64,000 bases of DNA. Source: Lama glama (lineage: Eukaryota). The stretch covers positions 44,394,001 to 44,458,000 of the forward strand of contig CM052816.1 of assembly GCA_028534125.1 (NCBI GenBank), given 5' to 3'. Below the pieces are notes generated by a model. That model did no database searches. It saw only the letters and a list, made by a program, of their open reading frames with translations, and was not told the origin of the DNA. The translations under genes were made by a program, and so were the position numbers. This document shows, in pieces, positions 24,145 to 38,300 of the stretch (its first letter is position 1; each line of letters opens with the position of its first letter).

Positions 24145-27100
24145 TTCTGCTCTTAGATAAGATAAAGTTGGTCATGGCAGGATAACACTCCTACTACAAA
24201 AATAGGAAAATCCAATTAAATTATAATATTTAATGATATCACAAAGATGTCACTGCAACAAAGACTAGACTAATACAATTCCGGAGAGTAGATAACACTT
24301 CAAATGTAACCTAGCTTCTAGAACCGTTCTTTTTTTCCCTGAAGCCATTTGGTAATTGTAGACTTGAGTTCAAGACTGTGATTAGTATAAGCAATGAGCA
24401 TCTACTGAGGGAGAAGAAAAAACAATCAAGCCCTAACTGCATGAAGATGGAAGAACAACCCGGAATTTCAGGGATAACACAATATGATGGAGAGCTAGGA
24501 CAAAAACTGTGAAAATGAGTATATCTCCTATAGTCACAAGTACTTAGGAACCAAGTATCTTCTAGGGTAGAGGCAAGTTTCAAGCACAGAGTTACTCTCA
24601 CTCTCAAGATACCTGCCAGATTTGGTTTCTTGGGGTTGGAGACTAAAGGACTATGCTGAGAAGTCGAAACAGAGCTCAATTCCCAATATTCTTTCAGGGC
24701 TGAGGAAAAGCCACCCCTTGGCATCCTCTTGAAAGTTCCAAAGACCACATTCTAGAATTAGGAACTGACCATAGGAAGATCTAGCCTTACTAAAACTGCA
24801 AAATATTTTCAACTGCCTCAACCATTAATTGGACTGATGTTATCTGTCCTTCATCTTAATTATCTAATATAGAGAAAAAGAGAAAATTCTTTTGTAAGAT
24901 AGTATCATCTGAAGCCCATGATTAATTCATATACAAGTTCTAGCATACATCTAAAAATTACCATAATGTGAAAAATAAACAAAACTTGATTCTCATTCAA
25001 GTGGAAAAAAAAAATAGAAACAGACCCACTAGATGACTGAAATATTTAAGATAGATGTTTCAAAGTCTTTACTGCTATCAGTAATGTGTTAAAGCATAGA
25101 AAAAGATAGACAAAATAGAAAAAAAAGACAGAATATTGATGAAAAATAGGAATATAAAAAGAAGGATGAAATGGGTATTATATCATTGAAAAATCAATGC
25201 ATTAAGAATTCAAGCTATGTATTAAGAACTCAATGGTTGGACATCAAGTTGGATAAAAATGAACAAAAAAATTACTAAACTCGAAGACAGATCAAGAGAA
25301 AATATCCAATCATATCATAAGAAAGGGAAAGGAGAGAGATAAATGTGCAGAAGCAACATTGAGGAAACAGCAGAAAATAATCAAAAACTGATATTAGGTA
25401 TCAACCTACATAGTCAAGAAACTCAGCAATCCTGAGCAGAACATAATATTAATAAAATTTCTATTAGACAGACACATTACAGTCAAATTGCTGAAAACCA
25501 AAGACAAAGAAACTTCAAAAAAATCTGAGGAAAAGATACATTGTCTTCAAAGGGATGGGGGGGAGGAAAGAGAGAGAAAGAGAGAGACTGATACCTGATT
25601 TCTTGCTGGAAATCATGGTACTCAGAAGTCAATAGGGCAAATATTTATAAACATTTATTTAGAAACAAATATTTAGAATATTTCGCCAAAACAAAAAGCA
25701 ACTCCCAACTCCAAATTCTCTACTCAAAAAGAAAAAAAAATCCTTAAAAACTGATGTTGAAATAAAGTCATACACAAATTTTCAGAAAAACTGAGAAAAG
25801 TTGTTGCCAGCAGGCCTGCAATAAAAATACATAAAATTAAAATGTACTTCTCTGAAAAAGCCATAAAAAATTAAATCACTTTGGAACAACTAATCAAAAA
25901 CAAAGAGGAAAAAACAAAAACCAAATTGTATCAGGAATGGAAAAAAAAAATACAGAGGAATCTATACATTATTAATTAGAAGGTGTTATCCACTACTTCG
26001 TGCCAATAAATTTCATAATTTTTTAAACTGAAGAACTTTCTGAAGAAAGTTCTTCTCACAATAACTAGAAGGAGGAAAGTTAGCAAATATGAATAGTTAC
26101 ATATATGCTAAAAAGAACAGTTATCTATTTCTCTCTCTCACACAGACACACATGCATGCACGCGCGCACACACGTGCGCACACACACACACAGAGTAAGA
26201 CTTCAACAGTGAATTCTTCCAATATTTAAAGTGGAAATAAGAACAGATTTGCCCAAACTCTTCTAGAAAAAAGAAAAGAAGAAGTCAATCTAATGTTGAT
26301 TCCAAAACATTGCAAGGACTATACTAAAGGAAAATTACAGACCTTCTCTGACATGAACATACAGGCAATAATCCTAAACCAACTATTAACAAGTCAAGTC
26401 CAGTGATATATGTCTATGTGTGTATCTCTCAAGTAAAGAGGAATTATAATTGTTATATATTTGAAAATTTAAATCATAATATTAATATAAAAATGGAGGA
26501 AAAATCACATGATTATTTCAATAGGTGCAGATTTAACACCTATTCAGGATAAAAACCCTTAGTAAAATAAGAATTTGTCAGAACTTCCTTAATCAGATAA
26601 AGAGTATCATTTAAAAACCCTATATTAACTAGAATGCTCACCAATAAAATGTTGAGGACTTTACCACTGAGATCTGCTATAAGAGAAGGAGCCCTGATAT
26701 CATCACTAGAACTCTGCATTGTGTTAGTGAATGAATCAAGTGCAATGAATGAATTAAAATAATTTAAATACATAAAAATTAGAAATAAAATGTAAAATTG
26801 TTATTTGTTGAAACATGATACCACACATGGAAAACCTCAAAGAATCCAGAAACTATTTAAATTAGCAGTGAATTTAATATGACAGTTCAATATAATTCTG
26901 GTATATCTACAAATTATATTTCTACATATAGAAGTAATATATTTAAAGTGACATAATTTGCAGTATTATCAAAATACTAAGTGTCTAGTAACATATCTAC
27001 AGGATGAATAGGAAGCTTAAAACTATACCTTTTAACTATAAGAAAAATTAAAGAAAACAAATAACTGAAAGGATAGAGGTGTTCAGAGATTAGAATCAAT

Positions 27101-27690
27101 ATTGTAAACATATTAGCTCTTCCTACTTCATTCTATAGATTCAATATAATCCCAATCAATATTCTAAAAATGGGGTGTAAACTAAATAGCTTATTTAAAA
27201 ATGTATGCTGAAATTGAACAGACCAAGAATAGTCAAGGCAATAATGTAGAAGAGTGAATCTGGAGGAATTACAGTACCAGCAATGAAAAACAAGAGAACT
27301 AAAATGCCATAAATAAGGAAGCAAAAGTATAATTAAGAGATCATTATATTAGCATAAGAAAAGGGAAACCGATTATTAGAAAAAAATAAAGTACTTAGAA
27401 ACAGAACCAGACATAAACTATGATTTGATTTATGACTATGTTAACACTGCAGTTACATTAGAAAAGGATGGTCATTTTAGAAACTTTGCTGAGTCAACTG
27501 GATGTTTATAAAAAGTGTATTTTAATCCTTATCTCACCCTTTACACAAAAATCAATTCTAGATGGATTGCAAATCTAACTATGAATGTTAAAACAATCAG
27601 CTATAGAAAATACATGACCTTGGAAGAGACAAAGAGTTCTCAAAAAGGGTACAAAAGATGTTAACCAAAAAATCAATGAGGATTTTAAAA
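24145..27690 (+). mobile_element. Old L1 (L1MD/ME-type): 5' region, ORF1 and ORF2 remnants
   Basis: A-rich; gtcaaattgctgaaaaccaaagacaaaga (ORF1-like), aaaaatcacatgattatttcaataggtgcaga, tctcaccctttacacaaaaatcaattctagatggatt (ORF2-like); many stops and frameshifts. Confidence 0.85.
26130..26192. repeat. Compound (CT)n(CA/CG)n microsatellite
   Basis: Seen directly. Confidence 0.9.
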
Positions 27691-27699
27691 AGATTGTCT

Positions 27700-29580
27700 T
27701 TTGTATTTGCCAGAATGGTAAATATTTGCCATTGCTAATACTCTTCACTCCTTCTTCTAAATACGAGTTTTTATCTTGTGCCACTTTCCGTCAGTCTCAA
27801 AAATGTGTTGACCATTTATTTTAGTGCAAGTAGGCTGGCCAGAAATTCTCTCTGGTTTATTTATCTGAAAATATTTTTATTTCACTGTTCTAGGCAGAAT
27901 AGGCAGAATGATGGCTCCCAAAGAATTCCTGATTTCTATGGTAGACTAATTTACACAGCAAGAGATTCTGCTGATATGATATAATTAAACTAATAATCTT
28001 CAAATGGGTAGATTATTCTAGATTATCCAGTTGTGCCCAATTAAACACAAGGGTCCTTATAAGTCAAATAGGGAGGCAGAATGAGAAAGGGAGATAAGAT
28101 GATAGATGACATCAGAGTGACGCAATTACTGGCTTTGAAGAGAGCCAAGAACCAAAGAATGGAGGCAGACTCTAAAAGCTGGGAAAAGTGAGAAAATGAT
28201 TCCACCCTCTACAGCTTGGCCCAGGAGGAATGCAATTCAAACAACACTGATTTTAGACCAGAGACAGCCATTTTAGTCTTCTGATTCCGTAACTGTAAGA
28301 CTAAAAATTTGTGTTGTTTCAGCCACTGAATACATGGGGATTTATTACAATGGAAGTAGGAAACCATTAGATTTATCTTTATTTTTGAAGATTATTTTCA
28401 CTGGCTAAAGAATTCTTTTTTTTTTTTTTCCCCTCTCAGCACTGGAAAGTTGCCACTTAATTGTCTATTGGCCTCAATATTTCTGAGAAATAAATCATCA
28501 TTTATAGCTTCCCTCAATTGTATATATCTTGTCATTTATGTATTTTCAAGGTCTTTGCTCCTTTGTTCATGATCTGTACTTTGTTTTCTGACACTCTATT
28601 ACAAGTGTATTAGACCACTGCATATTTTCCCAGACAGTTGGTTTTACTTTTTTTTTTTCCAATTTTTGATCCCTGTTTTCAGTGAAATGACTTTTATTAA
28701 CCTATCTTCAAGTTTGCAGACTCTTTCATTTCCCATCCTCAATTGTTTTTAAGCCCAAACATTTTTAAAATTATAATGTATTTAATGTTCTAAAATATCC
28801 ATTTCCTTTTTTTTAAATGTATTTTGTTTCGCTGAAGTTCTCCATCTTTTCAATATCTATAACCAAAATTTTCTCTATTTTACTGGATATATTCATAATA
28901 ATTGCTTTAAAATCATAGTCTACTAATTACAACACCTGTGACTTTGGTTGTTATTTCCCGACTGTGTATCACATTTTTCTACTTCTCACATGTTCCCTCA
29001 TTTTATTTTTGAATTAGCCAGGTAGTTTGTAGAAATTCTGAATTCTTTTATATTCCTCTAAAAAAGTGTTAACTTGGTTGGATTAAAACTACAAACTTTT
29101 TCCCCCTCCAGCTGATAACAGCTGAAACTTACTTCCTTACCTCAGCCTTTAGATGCTGCCGCCTGATGCTGACTCTAGTCTCCACATTACATACTTAATT
29201 CAGAGGTCCACCAAGGGATGGGGTAGAATTTACATGGAGTTTTTTTTTTTTTTTTCCCCTCTTCTCCCTTTCTGGGATTTTCTCCTTACTTCCAGTTCTT
29301 CTAGAAGTCCTAAATTCTATCTTCTGATTCCTCAGTCTGGTAAGATGTGGATTTCTGCTTTAGTAGTTCCGTGCTATGTGGACCATGCTATATGGGTCAC
29401 TAACAAATTTGAATCTTACTAAAATGAAATTCCTAATTATGAGTTGATTCTCTTCTAGATTCTTTTTTGTTTTAGTCACTTCCAAAAGTCTTAAATATTT
29501 TTTATATTTTTCCAAAGTTTGTAAGAGCTAAGCTGAGTTAATAGTTAATTTCCTCTAATAATATCAGAATCAGAATTGTG
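27700..29580 (-). mobile_element. Antisense old L1 5'/ORF1 fragment inserted in the plus-strand L1
   Basis: T-rich; tttttgaagattattttcactgg...ttaacctatcttcaagtt...ttcataataattgctttaaaatc. Confidence 0.7.
27886..28371 (+). mobile_element. MLT1D-type MaLR solo LTR
   Basis: taggcagaatgatggctcccaaaga...gattatccag...acaagggtccttataag...ctggctttgaag...aactgtaaga...ttgtgttgtttcagccact. Confidence 0.85.
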
Positions 29581-29599
29581 CTAATCATTCTGATTAGCT

Positions 29600-30480
29600 A
29601 AGAAAACAGCCATCAGTGGACTACATCAAAATAAGTATGTTATTTTCATTAAAATATCATTAGTAATGTAACAGGCAAACTTCAGTGGGAGAGAATATAT
29701 TCTCAATTCCTATATCTAAGAAAGAACCGTATCCAAAGTTTATAAAGAATTTTTATTTATCAATAAGGGTAAGTCAGAATACCATTACCCAGAATACCAC
29801 CCCCAGAAAAAATGGGCAAAAAACTTGAACAGACACTTCTCAAAAGAAGACACCCAAGTGGCCAATGCATGTGAGATAAACTGATCAATTTCATTATTAT
29901 TAGGCAAATGCAAATTCAAACCACAAAGAGAAACCATTATATACTCCCCAGAATTGTTAAAATTAATAAGAAAATAATATTTGTGAGAATGTGGAACAAC
30001 CACAACTCTCAGACATTGGTAAGAAAGTAAACTCTTTGGCAACATCTGCTGAAACTTAACAACTATGTACCCTGTGATCCAGCAATCTCACTCTTAGGTT
30101 CATATGGCATAGAAATGTGTATCTATCCTCACCAAAAGACATGGATTGGAGTGCTCTCATGAACATTATGCCTAATATCCATTTTGGAAGAATTAAATAA
30201 CCATCAGTTTTATGACACATAAACAAACTATGGTTTATTCTCCCAAGTGAATATTACATAAAAATAATGAGTAAAATATAACTGCATACAGAAATATCCA
30301 TGAATATCACAAACATGTTAAGTACACTTAACTAGGCACAGAAGAATATAGAGTGTATTATACAAAGTATGAAATTACCTATAAATTAAATTTTACTTAT
30401 ATAAAATAAAAAATAATCAGTGGGTAGGTGGTTAGTGAACAGAAGGAAGTGTGATAATGTTGGGGGGAGTGAAAATATTT
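29600..30480 (+). mobile_element. 3' continuation of the old L1 (ORF2 end and 3' UTR)
   Basis: aaatgggcaaaaaacttgaacagacacttctcaaaagaagac...atgcaaattcaaaccaca...gatccagcaatctcactcttagg. Confidence 0.85.
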
Positions 30481-32989
30481 TAATACTGTAGATGTCAAAT
30501 TTAAAACAAGTTTTAAAAAACTCAGACAGATGAAAGGTTCAAATTAACTTTACATATAAAACAAAATCTGGAGTCTGTTATAGTTTAACAATCATTGTTG
30601 ATTTGGATTATCAATCACATTTATTGATTTTTATACATTTTATGTATAAGCATATGCTTTGCAATTTTGAAAGGGCTGTGACATCTTTTCACAATATTTT
30701 TATAACATCAAATTCTTTGTACATTTACCTAAAAAATACTTGTTCAAAACAAGAATTAAATCTTAGAATATCATTTATAATAAAGCTCCAATAGAATTGT
30801 ATAGTATGAGCAGTGCTTTTCAAGGTTAATACATCTCTTCATTTCTTTTAATGCCTGGCTTATCAGAATTTTCACTGTTCAAGTCTTCAAAAACTGCAGA
30901 TCTTTCAAGCATTAGGAGAGGTCTTTCAAAACAATATACCCCTCTATTATTTTCCACTTTACAAGTCCACTTCCCATCCCCCACTGTATAAGGGCCCCAA
31001 ACCCTTCAGGCCTTGAATCATGTCACTATCATTCCAGCTAAAGGGAAGTGGAGAGCACTCCCTTGGGTTCCTATTAACACCTGCTACTTAATCAGCCAGA
31101 GGGGCTGTTGGTGACTGATGGCATATAGTTCCATCCATCCCTTCCTCCTCCCTCCCCAGAGGCTGTGCCACGGCTGCAGCCATCCCAGCCTGGGGAGTGA
31201 GAGTAACAGAGTCTGGGCAAAACGGAGAGAGTTGGAGAAATACATCCAATTGTTCAAAAGCTGGAGTTTGTTAGTAGTAAATTCCCAGTTAGAAATTTGC
31301 AAACCAAGAACATGCAGCTGTGGAATGTATTAGCTGCAAATCTGTAATTTTTCAGCTTTCAGATTCATAAATATTTTAGGTATTGTACAAATACAGCCGC
31401 AAATAATAATGGAGACCTCCCTGGATAGAAGGTTGCTACAGATAAGATGTATGTGCCTAAGCGTAGGGGAGCCTTACATCTGAACGAAGAATAAGTTTAG
31501 CAGTGCAGCCATCTCTAATTTAGACTGTTTTCTTAATCTGCTGCCAGGGGACCATGCTGGGTGATTCACAGTAATGAACTCCACCTGGATGTTCTGTAAA
31601 TCTGAAACGGAGAACTCACTGCAGCCTAGTAACTGTTGTTACCACAGATCTGGTTGAGTGAGCTCTAATTTGATCATTAAGTGACCATCCCACCAAGGAA
31701 CCATGAGAAATGCTTAGAGACTGCCATTCCATGATAGCACAAGAAAGACTTCTTACTTAAACAAGATTATTATGAAATGAAATGACTTATTTTGAGAAAA
31801 AACAGGAGAACTTGTAGAACAATAAAAAATAAATTGATACTAAATATTTAATCTTGAACCAGTGGGTCACAGTGTTAGTTCAATGGGATCAGTATTTTTA
31901 AAAGAGGAAAAAAAAGTAATATACATTTTTGTAACATAGAAGAACTGTTTACTAAAATTGTTTTAACACCATTACACAATTGATGGCAGTTCACTCACCA
32001 ATGACTATAATACTTGGAGCATCTGGCCTTATATAAATAGTACACTAAATTATATATGATAATGTATTGCATAATAAAATGTACTGAGTAAAAAGCATTT
32101 GTACAGATGCAGAATGTATATGTCACTGCTGCATAACAACAGTAATGAAATGCTATCTATATCCTGGAAAACACAAGTTGAGCTATATGGCTTGAATTTA
32201 TTTCTGTCTGAAACTCTGATCACCATCTTAATAAAGTATTTTGAGAGCAAGGCCATGGACACTGCTGCTGCTTCTGCTGCTTTATCAAGGGCCTTGGGAA
32301 CCAACCTGTAACAAGTTCTGTCACAAAACAGACCATTGGTTGCTTTTGCTGCTCCCAGTTTTGACATTCATTTTCTACCCATTCCTTGTTACAAATTCTT
32401 ACTCACTTTAGTAGATATGTTATATTTTCTTGCCCGTTTTTCCTTCTTCTGACAATAGAGCAAAGGTAAAATACACGTTTCTCTGGATTACCACCCCTCC
32501 CTTACTTGCAGTCCTTGTAGTTTGAGTGATGAATTGGGATGTATGTCAGATTTATCAATGAACATCAGCTAAATGAGCCAATAAAAAAGTGAACTAATTC
32601 ATTCATTTATTCATTCATACAGTTATTCATTAATTTTTGCTTAACAAGTTCTTGGTTGAATTTCAGCTGAATCTTGATAATATCCTCCCCTACCAGTGGA
32701 TAAATTCAATGTTTCCAACTGTCCTAGAAACCGGATTCTAATACCCAGATCTGTTAGTTTGTGTATAGATGCATATACTTGTGTGTAGATACCATGAAAG
32801 ACATACAAAGCAGATTATCAAACCCATGGTTATGTATTTTGTGAATCAGATTGTTTAATACATGTAGTATTTTCTAAAAACTATGCTTATATGCAGTGTG
32901 ATTAATTTTACAAAGTAAGACATATTTGCAGTCAATGATGAGTATAATTTTTAGTAGGTCAATAAAGGCATTAGCTGTTTCAAGGGAGA

Positions 32990-33125
32990 ATGCATTCTAA
33001 TTACTGGAAATGTATTAGCAAAGGCTGGTCATCCTTTGGCGTATTTGGTAGTGTGGAATCTCACTAAATATAATAGATTAGATGATCCTTGATATTTCTT
33101 TCAACACAGGTATTTTGTGATTCAT
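32990..33125 (+). mobile_element. L3/CR1 (or MIR3) 3' end
   Basis: tactggaaatgtattagcaaaggctgg...agattagatgatcctt...ttcaac...ttttgtgattc. Confidence 0.5.
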
Positions 33126-33959
33126 AAGGTCATATGTGTAGAGATTAGAGAACTCCAGGCATTGTAGAAATGAAAAAAAATGAGCAAGTGCTCTGCTTTA
33201 AAATTTAAAATCGATTTAGATTAAGTCAAATAGAAAACAATACAAAAGAAAATCAAAGCAATATGTCCACAAATTAAATGACACAATTCTAGCTAGATAT
33301 ATAAATGCTAAAGATATTTTCACAAAAGTAGTTACTGAATAAGATTTCTAGGAGAATTCTGAGTCCAAGAACAGTGACGGTACCTTAACTTCAGTAATCC
33401 TTCTAAAACTCTGATCCCTCAAACTTTTCAATTTCCATGACTTTTCCCATTCTACACATATACTACTCACAAACATAGTTTAAACGACTTTATCTCTTGG
33501 ATCCACTGATATCAAAAGATATATAGCAGAGTCTTTCCCAACTCAGTATATGTCATTCAAATGTCCAAATCCTATTGACTGTGTGTTTACAACATAATTA
33601 TAGTCTAATCACTTACTATCAACTAACAGACTTATGGAGAAATCGAGAAATCTACTATCATACTTGAAGACTAAGATTAACAAAAGTCATATCCTTTTCC
33701 AAGACTAATCAAGTAGAAAATAGGGATAAATGACCAATGTTAAAAAGAAATATAGAATATCACCATAGATCTTCATAATGCTTGATTTTAGATTATCAAT
33801 GTTCATGGACATTTAATGATTATTATATTATCACATATATATTGTATACAAATTTATGCAAAACATTCAATTAGATAAAATCTTTTAAAGTTAGAGAAAA
33901 ATTTACTTAAAATATTAATAATTAGAATCAAGCAATATGTAGAAAAAATAATACATATT

Positions 33960-34248
33960 TACTCTGATGGATTAAATAGAAATATTCTTTGTAGCTACTC
34001 CCATCAAGAGGTCTTTAACTTTTTTCCTTTCCCTAAGAAATGGATATTTTCAGCTAAGTAATTTTCTCAGTCTGACCTTTTCATAAAAATTTGGTAACAC
34101 AAAGGCTACTCTGACACAGCCACATGAATGAGTCCAGGCAAAACTAATAGCAAAACTGCCCTCACTAACACAGAAATTGTGTGTTACTCATTGTTTTAAG
34201 CCACCACATTTTGGAGTACTTTCTTACACAGCCCTGGAATACTGATAG
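33960..34248 (+). mobile_element. MLT1F/G/H-like MaLR LTR remnant
   Basis: ctactcccatcaagagg...cagccacatga...ttgttttaagccac...ttttggagt...ttacacagc. Confidence 0.65.
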
Positions 34249-34924
34249 AATGTAAAAAATGAAGTAAAACTCTTTATTTGTAGATGAACTAATTGTCTGT
34301 GGAAATCCTAGTACCTACAGAAAAGCTACAGAGCAAATAAGTGAAGTTAGTAACATTACAATGTACAAGATCATTATAGAAAAACCAATTTTGTTTCTAG
34401 CAAAGGACAACTTAGCTCTTTAGGATAAATCCAACAAAAGATATGAAAGACCTATATAATGACAATATATAAAATAGAGTTGAAATAAATTTAGAAGACC
34501 TAAATAATGAAAAGGCATATTATGTTCATGATCTCAAGTTTCAAAATTTTTGATACACATTCTTTCTTGATTGATTTACTGATATGATGTAGTTCTAATT
34601 AATATCTAGCAGATGTTCTTAAAAAATTGAAAAACAAATTCTAAAATTTGGATGGAAATCTAAAGACTCTAGAATAATCAAAACAACATTAAAAAAAAGT
34701 TGGAGGATTTACATTACCTGACCTCAATATGTAATATAAAATTATTATAATAATACAATGTAATTTTAGCATGATAATAGATTTCTGGAGCTGAATAAAG
34801 TCAAGGAATAGACCCATGTGTGTACTGTAAATGAATATTTAAAAAGTTGCAAAGGAAACTAAGTAGAAAAGAAAAATAATCTTTTTAAGATGCATTGCTG
34901 GAAACATAAGATATATATATATGC

Positions 34925-34986
34925 AGAAAGGAAGAAAAGAAGGAAAGAAGGGAGGAAGGAAGGGATGAAGAAAGGAAAGAAGGAAG
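34925..34986. repeat. GA-rich (GGAA)n-like low-complexity tract
   Basis: Seen directly. Confidence 0.85.
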
Positions 34987-35361
34987 TTCCTTTAATACGT
35001 ATTTAATGCCATATAAAAAAGTTACTCAAATGGATCATAGACCTAATTGAAAAACCTAAAACCATAAAGTTTTAAAGAAGAAAGCAGAATAGGAATTGTT
35101 TTTAACCTTAGCTTAAGCAGATGTTTCCTCAAGATTATACCAAAAGCATGCTTCCTGAAACATATAAATATTAGAGTATAAAAGCGAAAACTTTTTCTCT
35201 GTGAAAGTCACTCTTAAAAAAACAAAAGGATAAGCCAAACACTGAAAGAAAGTATTAAATATCTGTAAACACTGTATCTGATAAAGGAATGGTATCCAGA
35301 ATATATAAAGAACACCCACACTCAATAAAACACACAAATAAATTTGAAAAAATAATAAGCA

Positions 35362-38300
35362 TACTTTTAGTTTCCATTTTTATATGTGAGGAGCTTGAAG
35401 TTGTCACTTTATCCAAAAAACAAGTAAAAGCTGAACAAACTAAAAAATGAATTACTCATCTTGGATCCATAAAAGATGAGAGGACACAGGGCAAATCACT
35501 GTTCCCAAGATCAAAGAGGGAGGCAAATACAGGGAATCTTGACTTACTAGAGCAGAACTAGATCATCTCTAGCCATCCTATGCCATTTCAGGGTTGGAAA
35601 AACCCTGAGAAATTCTGTGACATTCATATTTCAAAGGCACAGACTCACTAAAAGTTAGACCGAATCATACAACTATAGTATACTTCCTGTACCCCTACAC
35701 CTCACCACCACATTGCCAAAGGCCTATTTATAGAAGTGCCTTTACCCAGTATATCATGTATAGCTATCAAGAAAAAAAAATTACAAGGTATGCCAAAAGG
35801 AAAAAACAAAACAAAACAATAATGAAGAGACAGAGCAAACATCACAACCAGAAATGGCAGAGGTGTTGGAACTAGCAGAATAAGAATTTAAAACAACTGT
35901 AATTAATATGCTAAGAGCTCTAACAGGTAAGGTACATAGCATGCAAGAGCAGATGGTCAGTGTAAGTAGAGAGATGGAAAACCTACAAGAACTAAAAAGA
36001 AATGCTAGAGGTAAAAACACTGTAACAGAAATGAAGAATGCCTTTGATGGCATTATTACTAGACTGGATAAAGTTGAGGAAATCATCTCTAAACTAGAGA
36101 ATATACCTACAGAGTCTTTGAAACCCTAAAGCAAACAAAACTCAAAAGAGAAATTAAAAAGCAGAACAGGTATCAAAGGACTATAGGACAACTATAAAAG
36201 GTGTGACATGTTTCATGGGAATACTAAAAGGAGAAGAAAGAGAAAAGAACAGAAATATTTGGAACAATGATGACAAAGAATTTTCCCAAATTAACGTCTG
36301 ACACCAAACAACAGATCCAAAATCTCAGAGGACACCAAACAGGACAAATCCCTCCACCCCTCCTCCACCAAATTACACCTAGACATACTATTTTCAAACT
36401 TCAAAATCAAAGATAAAAAATTCTGAAAGACGTCAGAGTAGAAAAAATCTTACTACAGAGGAGCAAACAAAATAAATACGCCTGTACCCAGGTTAACAAG
36501 AGAAAAAGAGAGTGGACACAAATTACTAGTATCAGAAATGAAAGAGGGGATAACACTAAAGATCCTAGGGACAGTAAAAAGATCAAAAGGAATAACGATG
36601 AACAACTCTATGTCCATAAATTTGATGATCTATTTGAAATAGACCAATTTCTTTTTTTTTATTGAAGTATAGTCTGTTTACTACATTGTCTCAATTTCTG
36701 GTGTACAGCATAATGCTTCAGTCATACATAAACATACATATATTTGTTTTCATATTCTTTTTCACCATAAGTTACTATAAGATATTGAATATAGTTCACT
36801 GTGCTATACAGAATGAACCTGTTTATCTATTTTATATATATTAGACCAATTTCTTGAAAGACACTGCCAAAGTTCACAAGACGAAACAATCTGAATAGGC
36901 CTATATCTATTAAAGAAATTCAATCAGTAATTAATAACCTTCCAAAACAGAAAGCACCTGGCCCAGATGGTGTCACTGATGAATTCTTCCAAACATTTAT
37001 GGAAGAAAATTGTAGAGAATAGGTATAATCTCCTTTATAGATAGAAAGGGAATAATTATCAATTCATTCTGTGAGTCCAGCATTATTTTAATACCAAAAC
37101 CAGATAAAGACATTACAAAAAAACTAAAAAATAATGTCTCTCATAAATATAGATGGAAAAATTCTCATCAAAATATTAGCAAATTGAATCTAACAATGTA
37201 TACAAATAATTATCCACCATGACCAAGTGGAGTTTCTCTCAGGTATGCAAGGCTATTTCAACACTCATATCAATCAATGTAATCTATCAAATCAATAGTT
37301 CAAAAAGGAAACTCATATTTATATTAATAAATGCAGAAGAAGTATTTGACAAAGTCAAACACCAATTCATGATTAAAAACTCAAACTGGGAATAAAGGGA
37401 AGTTCCCTTAATTAAATTAAGAATATCTACAAAAGCCCTACAATTACCATCATACTTAATGGTGAGAAATTTGAGCTTTCTCACTAGGATCAGGAACAAG
37501 GCAAGGAGATCCCCTTACCAGTACTTTTCAACATCATACTGGAAGTTCTAGCTAATGTAATTAGACAAGGAAAGGAGTCAAAAGATATACAGACTGGGAA
37601 AGAAGAAATAAAACTTTATTCACTGATGACCTGATCATCTATGTATAAAATCTGAAAGAACTGACAGAAAATCTCCTAGAACTAATAAGTAAGGTTGTAG
37701 AAAACAAGGTCAATACAAAGTTAACATACAAAAGTCTGCTTTCCTATTTACCAGCAATGAGCAAACGGAATTTGAAATTAAAAACACAATACCATTTACA
37801 TTAGCAATCAAAGAATGAAATACTTAGGTACAAATCTAACAAAATACACCCAAAAATATATGAAGAAAACTACAAAACTCTAATGAACAAAATCAAGGAA
37901 GAACTAAATCAATGGAGAGATACTCCATGCTCATGGGTAGAAAGACTCGATATTGTCAATATGTCACTTCTTCCCAGCCTGATCTCCATTCAGCGCAATC
38001 CCACTTAAAATCCTAACAAGTTATTTTGTGAATGTCAGCAAACTGATTCTAAAATTTATTTGGAGAGGCAAAAGAATCATATAGCCAACACAATATTGAA
38101 GAATAAAGTTTGACAACTTATGCTACCTGACTTCAAAGTTTACTATAAAGCTTTAGTAATCAAGAGAGGGTGCTACTGGTGAAAGACAAATGGAAAAATG
38201 CAATAGAGAACCCAGAAATAGACCTCAAAGATACAGTCAGCTGATTACTGATCCTTGACAACCAACCAACCAAATGCAACAAAATGGAGTGAAGATATTC

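Larger units (their letters stand above)
33700..35360 (+). mobile_element. Old L1 ORF2 fragment (host element; resumes at ~39745)
   Basis: aagttggaggatttacattacctgac, aaatggatcatagacctaa, tatctgataaaggaatggtatccagaatatataaagaac. Confidence 0.85.

Noticed and set aside
24311..24748. Longest ORF in the track (145 aa)
   Set aside because: Antisense to an L1 5' region, non-ATG start, no recognisable domain
32050..32367. 105-aa ATG-initiated minus-strand ORF with an Ala-rich stretch
   Set aside because: No recognisable homology; Ala run reflects (gct)n low complexity
35908..36129. 73-aa ORF with coiled-coil character
   Set aside because: L1 ORF1 remnant inside a disrupted element, not a host gene
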